Source of the DNA: SAR86 cluster bacterium
GTDB lineage: Bacteria; Pseudomonadota; Gammaproteobacteria; Magnimaribacterales; TMED112
Assembly (NCBI GenBank): GCA_003331635.1
Contig: QOPH01000002.1
Location: 210,412 to 274,411, forward strand
Direction: 5' to 3'
Length of the DNA: 64,000 nucleotides
The number at the start of each line of letters is the position of its first letter. Position 1 is the stretch's first letter. Shown here piece by piece: positions 10,425 through 19,784 of this stretch. The notes below the pieces were generated by a model. It saw only the letters and a list, made by a program, of their open reading frames with translations, did no database searches and was not told the DNA's origin. The translations under genes and the position numbers were made by a program.

Positions 10425-10624
10425 TTATGAGCAATTGAATAAATAGTATTAAATATGATTCCTGTCCCAAGTGTTCCAAAAATTAAAATTAAATAATCTA
10501 TAAGAGTTACTGCAAACAATTTTTTCCAACTCTGCTCAGGATTTACTTTTTTAAACGCAGCTATCTTAAAAAAAGTGAAAGCAAATAGGAATACAACTGA
10601 ACCAAGAATAAAAATACTTGTCAT
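10421..10624 (-). CDS. small two-helix membrane protein (67 aa), hypothetical
   Basis: Two hydrophobic helices. The start codon overlaps the pyrophosphatase stop (TAATG), and the stop overlaps the recG stop convergently. No family recognised. Confidence 0.45.
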   Translation of the reverse strand: MTSIFILGSVVFLFAFTFFKIAAFKKVNPEQSWKKLFAVTLIDYLILIFGTLGTGIIFNTIYSIAHN

Positions 10625-12633
10625 TAAAGTAATGGAGCTATCACTAGACTAACAATAGCCATAACATTAATTAATATATTCATTGAAGGTCCTGAAGTGT
10701 CTTTAAAAGGATCACCAACAGTATCACCTACAACGGTTGCTGAATGTGTATCAGTACCCTTTCCACCGAAGTTACCCTTCTCAACAAATTTCTTAGCATT
10801 ATCCCAAGCGCCTCCAGCATTAGCCATCATGAGAGCCATTAAAACACATCCAAGTAGTGCTCCAGCTAACATACCGCCAAGATGAATTGGTCCTAAAACA
10901 AAACCTATAATTACTGGTGAAAGTATTGCAATTGCTCCAGGCAATAACATTTTATTTAAAGCAGCTTTAGTTGCTATATCTACACACTTTGCATTATCTG
11001 GTTCGGCTTTTCCCTCCAGTAAGCCTGGAATTTCTCTAAATTGTCTTCTAATTTCTTCGATCATTTCAAATGCTGCATCACCAACTGCTGTCATAGTAAT
11101 TGATGAAACCAAAAATGGAATTGAGCCTCCAATAAACATGCCCATTAAAACTTTTGGATCATCTAATGAAAGCTGTTCTACATCTGCAGCTAGCATATAA
11201 GCTGCAATAATCGCTAATGCTGCAAGAGCTGCAGCTCCAATTGCAAACCCCTTCCCTATTGCTGCTGTAGTATTTCCAAGTTCATCTAATGAATCTGTTA
11301 TTTCTCTAACTTCACTTTTCATACCGCTCATTTCTGCAATACCGCCAGCATTATCTGCAACAGGCCCATATGCATCTATTGCCATTGTTATTCCTACTGT
11401 TGACAACATTCCAACTGCTGCAATGCCTACGCCGTATAAACCCGAGAAATATGTAGACAATCCAACTATACCTGCGATTACAAATAAAGGCAGAACTACT
11501 GATTGCATCCCTACACTTAAACCAGTAATCATTACAGTTGCTGGTCCAGTTTCACCAGATTTTGCTATTTTGCCAACTGGAGAATTTTCTGTATTTCCCC
11601 CTGTGTAGTATTCAGTAATGAGTCCAATTAAAATTCCACCAACCGCTCCAGTAAGCACAGAATAGAAATATTTCATTTCTATAGGAGAGTAGTAAATACT
11701 TACACCAGCAAATACAAGGAAAATTACTGGTGACAAAAATGTTCCCCATCTTAGAGCAACTGCAGGTGATCTAGACACTTGAGTTCTTACAATACCTATA
11801 CCAATCAAAGAACAAAATAACCCAGAGGCTGCAAGCCATAAAGGTAAAAACATCAAATTTGGATCTAACATTGTTGCTGCAATTGCGATTGATGCAATCA
11901 TTGCACCGCAATAAGATTCAAAAATGTCTGAACCCATTCCAGCAATATCGCCAACATTATCGCCAACATTATCTGCGATAACACCTGGATTTCTTGGATC
12001 ATCTTCAGGTATTCCAGCTTCAATTTTTCCTACTAGGTCAGCACCAACATCTGCACTTTTTGTGAAAATTCCTCCACCCACTCTTGAAAATAATGCTACT
12101 GCTGAAGCACCAACACCAAAACCTTCTAGGGCTTTTGCAATTTTATCAAGATCATCCATTACTCCGGAGAAGTAGAAAAACAATCCACCTAAGCCAACTA
12201 AACCCATCGATGCAACACATAGTCCCATGATTGAACCACCAAAAAATGATATTGATAAAGCTTGCTCTTGACCATGATTTTCTGCAGCTGTAGCTGTTCT
12301 TACATTAGCTTTTGTTGCTGAATACATTCCTATAAATCCTGCAATTGCAGATGAAAGTGCGCCAACTGCGATCGCCAAGGCTGTATACCAACCTAGTGGT
12401 GAAAGTCCACAAGCTAAAACTAAAGCTAGAACTACTGGAGCAAGGATTTTGTATTCAGTTATCATGAATACTTTAGCTCCTAAATGTATTTGATCTCCAA
12501 TTTTAACGACTGACTGTTTGCCAGCCGGAAATTTCATTATCAGTCCGTATAAAATAAATGCGAATATTAGCCCTATAAAACCTGTTGCAAATGGTCCCCA
12601 AGGGTCCATTGGTCCAATTATTAAAGTCTCCAT
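10624..12633 (-). CDS. hppA: membrane-bound pyrophosphatase (K+-dependent type by GNTTAA motif; H+ or Na+ pumping undetermined)
   Basis: 669 aa and polytopic. Motifs seen: [41 protein letters not shown], and [14 protein letters not shown]. Confidence 0.95.
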   Translation of the reverse strand: METLIIGPMDPWGPFATGFIGLIFAFILYGLIMKFPAGKQSVVKIGDQIHLGAKVFMITEYKILAPVVLALVLACGLSPLGWYTALAIAVGALSSAIAGFIGMYSATKANVRTATAAENHGQEQALSISFFGGSIMGLCVASMGLVGLGGLFFYFSGVMDDLDKIAKALEGFGVGASAVALFSRVGGGIFTKSADVGADLVGKIEAGIPEDDPRNPGVIADNVGDNVGDIAGMGSDIFESYCGAMIASIAIAATMLDPNLMFLPLWLAASGLFCSLIGIGIVRTQVSRSPAVALRWGTFLSPVIFLVFAGVSIYYSPIEMKYFYSVLTGAVGGILIGLITEYYTGGNTENSPVGKIAKSGETGPATVMITGLSVGMQSVVLPLFVIAGIVGLSTYFSGLYGVGIAAVGMLSTVGITMAIDAYGPVADNAGGIAEMSGMKSEVREITDSLDELGNTTAAIGKGFAIGAAALAALAIIAAYMLAADVEQLSLDDPKVLMGMFIGGSIPFLVSSITMTAVGDAAFEMIEEIRRQFREIPGLLEGKAEPDNAKCVDIATKAALNKMLLPGAIAILSPVIIGFVLGPIHLGGMLAGALLGCVLMALMMANAGGAWDNAKKFVEKGNFGGKGTDTHSATVVGDTVGDPFKDTSGPSMNILINVMAIVSLVIAPLL

Positions 12634-12635
12634 CG

Positions 12636-13898
12636 TTATCCCAACTTGTTAAATGTTTTTTCTTCTAATTCACTTTCAGATTTAGCTACTATACATGAGA
12701 CAGCAGCATCTCCGCAAACATTTACTGCGGTTCTAATCATGTCTAAAATTCTGTCTACAGCTAAAATTAATCCAATTGCATCTAAAGGCAATCCTACTGA
12801 CCCTAAAATAAGTGCAAGAGTCACAGTCCCAGCCGATGGTACTGCCGCAGTTCCAATTGAAGTCACCATTGCAAGCAAAATAATTTGGCCATACTGAATA
12901 AGAGAAAGGTCTACTCCGACTGTGCTCGCAATAAACATTGTAGCTAGCCCCTGCATTATTGCTGTTCCATCCATATTTATGGTAGCGCCGACGGGCACAA
13001 CAAAAGAGGCAACATCTTTTTTTACACCCAGATCATCGGATACGGTTTTCAAAGTAACAGGAATTGTTGCAGCACTTGATGATGTTGAAAAAGCGAATAA
13101 AGCTACATTTTTCATTTTTCTAAAGAAAATAATTGGATTTAAATTTGCAAAAATTTTAAGTATTAATGAATAGGTAAAAAATAAATGAAAAAATAAGACA
13201 AACATTAAAATTAAAACATATTGAGCAAGATCTCCAAAAACATTCAGTCCTTTTGCCATTACATAACTTCCAATTAAGCAAAATACTCCAAAAGGTGCAA
13301 AATTCATGATCAATAAAACGATTTTTAAAAAGACAATATTCATTTTTTCAAAAGCTTTTGAAAGCCCTGAAGTCAAATCATCTGTGAGATTTAATGCAAT
13401 ACCAAATAAAATACTTATAAAAACAATACCCAACATATTATTCTCTACAAAGGCTCCAAAAATATTACTTGGAAATATTCTTAGTACAGTTTGATAAAGA
13501 TCTGCACTTCCCTGTACAGGTTCATAAGATTCAACTTCACCCTCATAACCAGATAAATTAAATACCCAGCCGAAAAATAAGGCTAAAGAAACAGCCAATC
13601 CTGTAGTCAGCAGATATAAACCAATTGTTTTAGTTGCTATAGAACCAAGCTTCACCATGTTTGAAAGAGAGGATATACCTGAGACCAATGAGAAAAATAC
13701 TAAAGGAACTACGATTAATAAAAGAAGATTCTTAAATACTTGTCCACCGAGATTAAAAATATATTTTTCAACAGCTTGAAACACATCAACAGGTATTTGT
13801 GCTTGGAAATAGAAAAAAATGGAAGCAATTATTACCCCAAGGGTCATACCTAATAAGACATTTCTTGTTAAATTTTTTGGTGCATCTAATGTTTTCAT
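12636..13898 (-). CDS. dicarboxylate/amino acid:cation symporter (DAACS family)
   Basis: 420 aa and polytopic. Motifs seen: [24 protein letters not shown] and [17 protein letters not shown], typical of GltP/GltT-type carriers. Confidence 0.9.
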   Translation of the reverse strand: MKTLDAPKNLTRNVLLGMTLGVIIASIFFYFQAQIPVDVFQAVEKYIFNLGGQVFKNLLLLIVVPLVFFSLVSGISSLSNMVKLGSIATKTIGLYLLTTGLAVSLALFFGWVFNLSGYEGEVESYEPVQGSADLYQTVLRIFPSNIFGAFVENNMLGIVFISILFGIALNLTDDLTSGLSKAFEKMNIVFLKIVLLIMNFAPFGVFCLIGSYVMAKGLNVFGDLAQYVLILMFVLFFHLFFTYSLILKIFANLNPIIFFRKMKNVALFAFSTSSSAATIPVTLKTVSDDLGVKKDVASFVVPVGATINMDGTAIMQGLATMFIASTVGVDLSLIQYGQIILLAMVTSIGTAAVPSAGTVTLALILGSVGLPLDAIGLILAVDRILDMIRTAVNVCGDAAVSCIVAKSESELEEKTFNKLG

Positions 13899-14065
13899 AT
13901 TTCTACCATATCAAAATCTTCTTTACCTACTCCACATTCGGGACAAACCCAGTCTTCGGGTACATCTTCCCATCTAGTGCCAGGTTCCAGACCATCCTCT
14001 GGATGTCCTTTTTCTTCATCATACACCCAACCGCAGACAATGCATTCCCATTTTTTAAATTCCAT
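13895..14065 (-). CDS. rubA: rubredoxin
   Basis: Trimmed to the ATG at 14065 ([18 protein letters not shown]...). Two CxxCG knuckles are present (CIVCG, CPECG). ATGA overlap with the symporter start. Confidence 0.9.
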   Translation of the reverse strand: MEFKKWECIVCGWVYDEEKGHPEDGLEPGTRWEDVPEDWVCPECGVGKEDFDMVEI

Positions 14066-14113
14066 AAATATCTCTTTTCTAAGGATGGTATTATAATCAA
14101 TCCTCACATATTT

Positions 14114-14590
14114 ATGACACCTTTAATTGAAACAAACTGGGAGCTTTTCGATGAAAAAGAGGATGTTGACTTCAAGCAAATGAATGGATGGATAAGTGAA
14201 GATAAATCACTAATTAGTCGACTAGAAAATAAGTATGGAACAATTAATTTAGAGGTTCTTAGTGAGGAAGAAACTGAATATTCAGATAAAGAATTAGACT
14301 TTGAACAGGTTAAAGGGAACTTAAGAAAAGTTTTTCTCAAAGCACAAAAAAATATTGTTTATGCGGAATCTTTTTTTAGTTCAAAAGTTTATAAAAAATT
14401 TCCTAAATTTAAGCGGCTAGCTAAAGAGCCCTTAGGAAAATATCTTTTTAATAACCCTTTGATATCAAAAAAAGAAACTTATGTTGCAAAATATTCTTTA
14501 GGAAATAATAAATACTTAGGTAGAAAATGTATTTATGATTTAGATGGAGAAAGATTTTTTGTAGTAGAAGTTTTTTTATTTCATGAATAA
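14114..14590 (+). CDS. ubiC: chorismate pyruvate-lyase
   Basis: The track ORF 13799..14590 is trimmed to the ATG at 14114. [13 protein letters not shown] and [20 protein letters not shown] align by eye with E. coli UbiC LGKTPLGRYLF and [20 protein letters not shown]. It overlaps the ubiA start. Confidence 0.75.
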   Translation: MTPLIETNWELFDEKEDVDFKQMNGWISEDKSLISRLENKYGTINLEVLSEEETEYSDKELDFEQVKGNLRKVFLKAQKNIVYAESFFSSKVYKKFPKFKRLAKEPLGKYLFNNPLISKKETYVAKYSLGNNKYLGRKCIYDLDGERFFVVEVFLFHE

Positions 14591-15431
14591 ATTAAATGCA
14601 TATTTGAATCTCATAAGATTCTATAATCCTATTGGTTTTTGGTTATTGTTGTGGCCTGGAATGTGGGGGCTCTTTACGAGTGAAAATTTTGAAATTAAGC
14701 ACTTTGCGATAGTTTTGCTGGGGACATTTCTAACAAGATCTCTAGGTTGTGCAATAAATGATTATTTTGACATTGGTTTTGATAGTCAGGTCAAAAGAAC
14801 AAAGGACAGACCACTTGCAAATAAAACATTAACTAAAGTTGAAGCCTTAATTTGTGTTATTTTTTTAGGAATGATGTGTCTGTTTATTCTCTATTTGACA
14901 AACGTATTTGTGATCTTATTTGTTCTACTTGTGGCTGCACCATTAATAATTGTCTATCCACTTACAAAAAGATTTCTTCCAATACCACAGTTATTTTTGG
15001 GATTTACTTTCGGTTTATCTTTGCCTATTTCATATGCCATAGTCGAGCAAAATATTTCTTTTGATGTTCTGTTGATGTATTTGGCATGTGTATTTTGGAT
15101 TACTGCATATGACAGTCTCTATGCAATGAACGATATAGAGGATGATAAAAAAATTTCCATAAACTCACTTCCGATATTTTTTGGACAAAACAAATACACT
15201 GCTATACAAGTCTTCTTTGGAGTCTTTTTGGCGATAATGTTTTTCATTTCTACTAAAAACTCTTTGAGCATTTTATCGATAGGTATTTTTTTCATAATTT
15301 ACCAAGTTTATTTTCAAATTAAATTGTCAAAATCTGGTCAACATTTTGAAGCCTTTCAATCTAACAGCCATATAGGACTTGTTATTGCTACTTTAATATT
15401 TTTAGAAAATCATCATGACTTACTCTATTAA
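14583..15431 (+). CDS. ubiA: 4-hydroxybenzoate polyprenyltransferase
   Basis: 282 aa and polytopic. Prenyltransferase Asp-rich motifs are NDYFDIGFD and YAMNDIEDD. Confidence 0.9.
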   Translation: MNKLNAYLNLIRFYNPIGFWLLLWPGMWGLFTSENFEIKHFAIVLLGTFLTRSLGCAINDYFDIGFDSQVKRTKDRPLANKTLTKVEALICVIFLGMMCLFILYLTNVFVILFVLLVAAPLIIVYPLTKRFLPIPQLFLGFTFGLSLPISYAIVEQNISFDVLLMYLACVFWITAYDSLYAMNDIEDDKKISINSLPIFFGQNKYTAIQVFFGVFLAIMFFISTKNSLSILSIGIFFIIYQVYFQIKLSKSGQHFEAFQSNSHIGLVIATLIFLENHHDLLY

Positions 15432-16512
15432 AAAAAATTGTAAGCAACTCAAGACGACAATAAGTCAAAACCAAAAAAAGGAAGACATATTTTTTTCATT
15501 TGAATTCTTAAGTGCCCTAGAAGAATCAGACTGCTTAGATGCAGATTCTGGTTGGACACCAAATTATTTAGTTCATGAGACAGATACAGTTATTCCATTC
15601 TATGAGAAAGAAAATAGTCATGGAGAGTTTGTATTCGATTATGCCTGGGCAAACGCTTATTTTAGATATGGTCAAAGATATTATCCAAAACTTGTAATGA
15701 GTGTGCCTTTCACACCAGTAGACGGTAATAGAATTTTTTCTAAATCAAATGAAGATGGAAGATCTGCTCTAAAATGTCTTGTTGATTACACAAGGCAAAA
15801 TGATTTCTCATCATTACATGCTTTATTTGTTGCGAAAGAACAGAGAGACATCTTTAGCTCTCAAGAATTTATTGAAAGAAATGATTGCAATTTTGTATGG
15901 AAAAACCAATCTTACAGTGATTTTGATGATTTTTTAGAGGCTCTCTCCTCTAGACACAGAAAGAATATTAAGAAAGAAAGAAAATATATTAATTCTCTAG
16001 GGATAGAGTTTGAGATTATTAAAAAAATTAAAAAGGAGGATTGGGATGATTTTTATCTTTTCTATGCTCTTACATATGTAAAGAGAGGTCAAAAACCATA
16101 TTTAAATGAAAACTTTTTCTTAAAATTATCAAGTCTAAAGCCTCAGATTATTTTTGCTCACAAAGGAGGTTACAGAATAGCAGCAGCTCTATTCTTTGAT
16201 AATAAAGACACTCTTTATGGTAGGTACTGGGGAGCTAAAGAGGAAATTAATTATCTTCATTTTGAGATGTGCTACTACCAGGGAATTGAACTTGCTATTA
16301 AGCAAAAAAACCAAAATTTTGATCCTGGGATACAGGGCCATCATAAGCTCAAAAGAGGTTTTGAGCCAATAATAAATACTTCATTCCATTGGATAAAAAA
16401 TTCAGAATTTCGCAAAGCAATAAGAAAGTTCTGTGATGAAGAATCTAGAAATATCCTCCAGTATTTTGAGCAATCAAAAAAATATTTACCATTTAAAAAT
16501 GCAGGAATATGA
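15415..16512 (+). CDS. DUF482/FemAB-like GNAT-fold acyltransferase family protein
   Basis: 365 aa. The C-terminal motif DPGIQGHHKLKRGFEP and overall length match the COG3146/DUF482 family. Confidence 0.7.
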   Translation: MTYSIKKNCKQLKTTISQNQKKEDIFFSFEFLSALEESDCLDADSGWTPNYLVHETDTVIPFYEKENSHGEFVFDYAWANAYFRYGQRYYPKLVMSVPFTPVDGNRIFSKSNEDGRSALKCLVDYTRQNDFSSLHALFVAKEQRDIFSSQEFIERNDCNFVWKNQSYSDFDDFLEALSSRHRKNIKKERKYINSLGIEFEIIKKIKKEDWDDFYLFYALTYVKRGQKPYLNENFFLKLSSLKPQIIFAHKGGYRIAAALFFDNKDTLYGRYWGAKEEINYLHFEMCYYQGIELAIKQKNQNFDPGIQGHHKLKRGFEPIINTSFHWIKNSEFRKAIRKFCDEESRNILQYFEQSKKYLPFKNAGI

Positions 16513-16912
16513 GAAAACAAATCATCATATTGTAATTTGTTCGGCAAATTATCTTAGGCTAAAAAAAATTCTAAAAAATTTTTCTAAAACTAAGATAGAG
16601 CTAAATAGAAAAGAAAAAAAAAGTAGATTCAAAGCTAAATTTTTATTAAAAAAATTGTCAAAACATACTACAGATTCAATTCTTGAGTTTTCAAACCTTG
16701 ATTCGTCTTTTCTAAACGTATTCAATATTGAAATAAATATATATCATGATGTTGAACTTGCTGAGGTAAAATCTCTTAATGGTTTTCATCCGAATAAATT
16801 TCCATTCCAAAGTGAAAATATTCCTAAATCTGAAGATGAAAAGTCTCAACAAAATAGATTTTTAACGGAAGTTCTTGATACCATCTTAACAGGAGATTTT
16901 TATGAAGAATAA
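16499..16912 (+). CDS. yqiB: DUF1249 (YqiB-like) protein
   Basis: Track ORF trimmed to the ATG at 16499. ICSANYLRLKKIL, INIYHDVELAEV and DEKSQQNRFLTEVL align by eye with E. coli YqiB LCEMNFSQLRRLL, VRLYHDAMVAEV and DEKHQINQFLADWL. It lies immediately upstream of yqiA. Confidence 0.65.
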   Translation: MQEYEKTNHHIVICSANYLRLKKILKNFSKTKIELNRKEKKSRFKAKFLLKKLSKHTTDSILEFSNLDSSFLNVFNIEINIYHDVELAEVKSLNGFHPNKFPFQSENIPKSEDEKSQQNRFLTEVLDTILTGDFYEE

Positions 16913-17477
16913 AAAACTAATTATTTATGTTCATGGCTGGAATTCGCATAAGAAAGCACGTAAAGCAGTTCTTATTGCCGATCAACTCAAATCAAATGTA
17001 GATTTTGAGGTATGTTCACTTACCCTTCATCACCATCCTAGAGAAGCAATAAACCAACTTACAGAAATTATAGAAATAGAGAGAAAAAACAGAGAGGTTT
17101 GTCTAATTGGGAGCTCACTCGGTGGTTATTTTTCTGTTTACTTAGCAGAAAAGTACAATTTGAAAGCTGCAATGATTAATCCTGCAGTTTGGGCATACAA
17201 AATTTTTAAGAATAATATGGGGAAAAATATTAATGGCAATACTGGTGTAGAGTACATCGTTGATGACGAATGGGTTAATAGTCTCAAAGAAATATTTATT
17301 GAAAAAATAACTCATGAAAATTATTTGGTTTTACTTCAAACCGGAGATGAGACCCTTAATTATGAGTTTGCAGAAAAATACTTTAGAGGTTCAAAAATAG
17401 AAATTGATGAAGGTGGTAATCATAGTTTTGAAAATTTAGAATCAAAAATTCCAAATATTCTTGATCATTTCTCATAA
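16902..17477 (+). CDS. yqiA: YqiA-type esterase (alpha/beta hydrolase)
   Basis: 191 aa with IIYVHGWNS and the nucleophile elbow GSSLGGY. The C-terminal GGNHSF supplies the catalytic His. Confidence 0.8.
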   Translation: MKNKKLIIYVHGWNSHKKARKAVLIADQLKSNVDFEVCSLTLHHHPREAINQLTEIIEIERKNREVCLIGSSLGGYFSVYLAEKYNLKAAMINPAVWAYKIFKNNMGKNINGNTGVEYIVDDEWVNSLKEIFIEKITHENYLVLLQTGDETLNYEFAEKYFRGSKIEIDEGGNHSFENLESKIPNILDHFS

Positions 17478-17596
17478 AAACTCCTAATACTGAAATTTCC
17501 TTGCTTATAAAGACAAAAAGTTTTAAATTAAAATTGCATTTAGACTTTGCACCATACTCCTTATATTTGAGGAGCCCTATAGGGTAAAAGGTTAAA

Positions 17597-17650
17597 ATCG
17601 TTCATCTTCGAAAGAAGACGGAAGTAAGCGAAAGCTGAAGGAACGCGGCG
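17597..17650 (+). promoter_or_regulatory. glutamine riboswitch aptamer (glnA RNA motif)
   Basis: CGUUC (17598-17602) pairs with GAACG (17640-17644). UCUUC-GAAA-GAAGA hairpin at 17604-17617. Conserved ACGGAAGUA at 17617-17625. AGC-GAAA-GCU hairpin at 17626-17635. GAAGGAACGCG at 17636-17646. It sits about 78 nt upstream of the GS start codon. Confidence 0.85.
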
Positions 17651-17723
17651 TTAAACCCGATCGAGTTTAACTTCATTACTCCTGCAGATAAAAATGCAAA
17701 AAGTTTTATTTTAAGGAGACTTT

Positions 17724-18704
17724 ATGAGTGATATTAAAACTTATGAATACATTTGGCTTGATGGTTTTAAACCTGAGCCTTCTATGAGGAGTAAAATTAA
17801 GGCAACAACCGAAGATTCTGCTCCTGAATGGTCCTTTGATGGATCTTCAACAGAACAAGCAGAGGGAAGCAGTTCAGACTGTTTACTTCTTCCAGTTCAA
17901 ACGTACGATAATCCAACCTTTTCTGACTTCCTAGTTATGTGCCAGGTACATGCTGCAGATCATACTGTTCATCCCTCAAACACAAGGGCAGCGGCTGAAG
18001 CAGTTGTAACTGATGATTGGTGGTTTGGTTTTGAGCAAGAATACTTTTTTACCACTAAAGATGGATCACCTCTAGGTTGGGAAGAAGGTGAGCCTAGACC
18101 GCAAGGTGATTACTATTGTGGAGTAGGTGCAGATAATGTCTCAGGTAGAGAAGTATCTGAAGCACATCTTGAAGCATGTCTAGATGCTGGTATCACCTTG
18201 ACCGGAACAAATGCGGAAGTAGCTCTTGGTCAATGGGAGTACCAATGCTTCGGAAAAGGTATCAAAGCGGCAGATGATCTTTGGGTATCGAGATACCTTC
18301 TATATAAAATCGCTGAAGAATATGGCGTAGGAGTGAATATTCATCCTAAACCAAAAAAAGGTGATTGGAATGGTTCAGGCATGCACACAAACTTTTCTAA
18401 TGAAGAAATGAGATCAAAGGGTTCGGAAGAACTTTTTTCTTCTATATGTGAAAAGCTAGGAAAAGTGCATCAGGATGGTATTGCAGCTTATGGTTCTGAT
18501 AATGATCAAAGACTAACAGGACTGCATGAAACTCAAAAAATTTCAGAGTTTTCATATGGTGTTAGTGACAGAGGAGCTAGTATACGTATACCTGTTTACA
18601 CAGTTGAACATGATTGGAATGGTTACTTGGAAGACAGAAGACCAGCTTCAAATGCCGATCCATATAAAATTCTTGCTCATATAGTAGGAACTTTAACTAA
18701 GTAA
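17724..18704 (+). CDS. glnII: glutamine synthetase, type II (eukaryote-like)
   Basis: 326 aa. Motifs seen: YIWLDG...MRSK, FGFEQEYFF, NAEVALGQWEYQ, HPKPKKGDWNGSGMHTNFS and LEDRRPASNADPY. Strong SD (AAGGAG) 6 nt upstream. Confidence 0.9.
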   Translation: MSDIKTYEYIWLDGFKPEPSMRSKIKATTEDSAPEWSFDGSSTEQAEGSSSDCLLLPVQTYDNPTFSDFLVMCQVHAADHTVHPSNTRAAAEAVVTDDWWFGFEQEYFFTTKDGSPLGWEEGEPRPQGDYYCGVGADNVSGREVSEAHLEACLDAGITLTGTNAEVALGQWEYQCFGKGIKAADDLWVSRYLLYKIAEEYGVGVNIHPKPKKGDWNGSGMHTNFSNEEMRSKGSEELFSSICEKLGKVHQDGIAAYGSDNDQRLTGLHETQKISEFSYGVSDRGASIRIPVYTVEHDWNGYLEDRRPASNADPYKILAHIVGTLTK

Positions 18705-18717
18705 ACTCTTTAGCCTT

Positions 18718-19122
18718 CTACTTAACCAGTGGAAGGCTTTCTTCTTGCCAAGAAAGAAGACCATGTTTGAGAAGATAAACTTTTTCAATACCTAACTTTT
18801 TCAACTCAACCCCCGCGCCGCCTGAATCAATGCCATTTTCAGAGACTACAATAAGTGCTTTTTCTTTTTTTAATAAATGCTCTTGCTGTTTGAACGCATC
18901 TTTTAAAATATTTAAAGATCCACTGATATGGCCAGTTTCAAAATCTTCCTTCTTTCTAATGTCCAAAAATTTTGCTTCACCACTGTTTATTAGTAAAACA
19001 GCTTCTGCTGGAGAAATTTTCTTACCCCCTTTATTACTTTCATAAAACCACCAGCTTATTAAAGTTACGATAAGTGGAACTGAAAAATACCATCTAGAAA
19101 TTAAGAAATCGAATAAATCCAT
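18718..19122 (-). CDS. membrane-anchored rhodanese-domain protein
   Basis: 134 aa with an N-terminal TM helix followed by a single rhodanese-like domain (FLDIRKKEDFETGHISGSLNI). Confidence 0.75.
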   Translation of the reverse strand: MDLFDFLISRWYFSVPLIVTLISWWFYESNKGGKKISPAEAVLLINSGEAKFLDIRKKEDFETGHISGSLNILKDAFKQQEHLLKKEKALIVVSENGIDSGGAGVELKKLGIEKVYLLKHGLLSWQEESLPLVK

Positions 19123-19169
19123 ATCAAATCAATCTTAAGCTTATACAATATATATTTAAATATACTCAA

Positions 19170-19784
19170 ATGGAAACAAATTATCTTGTTCTAGTAAGGC
19201 ATGGCCAAAGTACTTGGAATCAAAAAAATTTATTCACTGGTTGGAAAGACCCAGGGTTAACAGAATTAGGTAAAGAAGAGGCATTTAAGGCTGGCCAACA
19301 TATAAAAAAACAAAACATTAAATTTAATTTACTTTTCACTTCTGCTTTAAAAAGAGCACAAGATACAGCTTCGATAATTCTAGAAGTAATTGAAGACAGT
19401 GGTATCAATATTTTAAAAAACGAAGCATTAAACGAACGTGATTATGGTGACCTTACCGGATTAAATAAAGATACGGCTAGACAAGAGTTTGGTAAAGAAC
19501 AGGTTCAAATTTGGCGTAGGTCTTATTCAGACGGTCCACCAAATGGTGAAAGTCTTGAAGATACATATAACAGAGTTATCCCCTACTTTGAAAATGAGAT
19601 TATGCCTGTTTTACAAAAAAATAAGAATGTAATTATTTCTGCTCACGGCAATTCATTAAGAGCTTTAGTAAAATTTATTGAAGAAATCTCTAAAGAAGAA
19701 ATAGTGAAGTTAGAAATTGCTACGGGCGAACCGATTTTTTATGAATTTAATGAAAACAAATTACAAAGAAAGCTCAACTGGTAA
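19170..19784 (+). CDS. gpmA: 2,3-bisphosphoglycerate-dependent phosphoglycerate mutase (short form)
   Basis: 204 aa with the histidine-phosphatase motif LVRHGQSTWN, then NLFTGW and SAHGNSLRAL. Confidence 0.9.
   Translation: METNYLVLVRHGQSTWNQKNLFTGWKDPGLTELGKEEAFKAGQHIKKQNIKFNLLFTSALKRAQDTASIILEVIEDSGINILKNEALNERDYGDLTGLNKDTARQEFGKEQVQIWRRSYSDGPPNGESLEDTYNRVIPYFENEIMPVLQKNKNVIISAHGNSLRALVKFIEEISKEEIVKLEIATGEPIFYEFNENKLQRKLNW

Noticed and set aside
10697-13494. Seven plus-strand ORFs of 61-83 aa antisense to hppA and the DAACS symporter (for example 11924..12175 and 12646..12897).
   Set aside because: The Pro/Ser/Ala-rich translations mirror the Gly/Ala-rich codons of the membrane proteins on the other strand. 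They have no starts with an RBS and no recognisable families.
13799-14113. The first 105 codons of the track ORF 13799..14590 (263 aa).
   Set aside because: This part is antisense to the symporter start and the rubredoxin gene. It translates to low-complexity Phe/Ile-rich sequence. The UbiC-like similarity begins only after the internal ATG at 14114, so I treat it as a shadow extension rather than coding sequence.
17478-17596. A sigma-54/NtrC-type promoter or a second tandem glutamine aptamer upstream of glnII.
   Set aside because: There is no GG-N10-GC (TGGCAC-N5-TTGC) element, only an isolated TGCACC and a CCCTATAGGG palindrome. There is no second ACGGAAGUA/GAAGGAACG signature.
17724-18704. 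The visibly higher GC of glnII (about 43-53% in sampled 60-nt lines, against about 28-30% in typical genes) as evidence of recent horizontal transfer.
   Set aside because: hppA and other Gly/Ala-rich or presumably highly expressed genes in the window show a similar elevation (about 48% in a sampled line). Amino-acid composition and expression-linked codon bias explain it equally well. Resolving this needs a proper codon-usage or phylogenetic test.
18712-18738. The AGCCTTC...GAAGGCT inverted repeat between glnII and the convergent rhodanese gene as a bidirectional terminator.
   Set aside because: It is only a 7-bp stem with a 13-nt loop and no clean U-tract. Half of it lies inside the rhodanese coding sequence. 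That is too weak to call.
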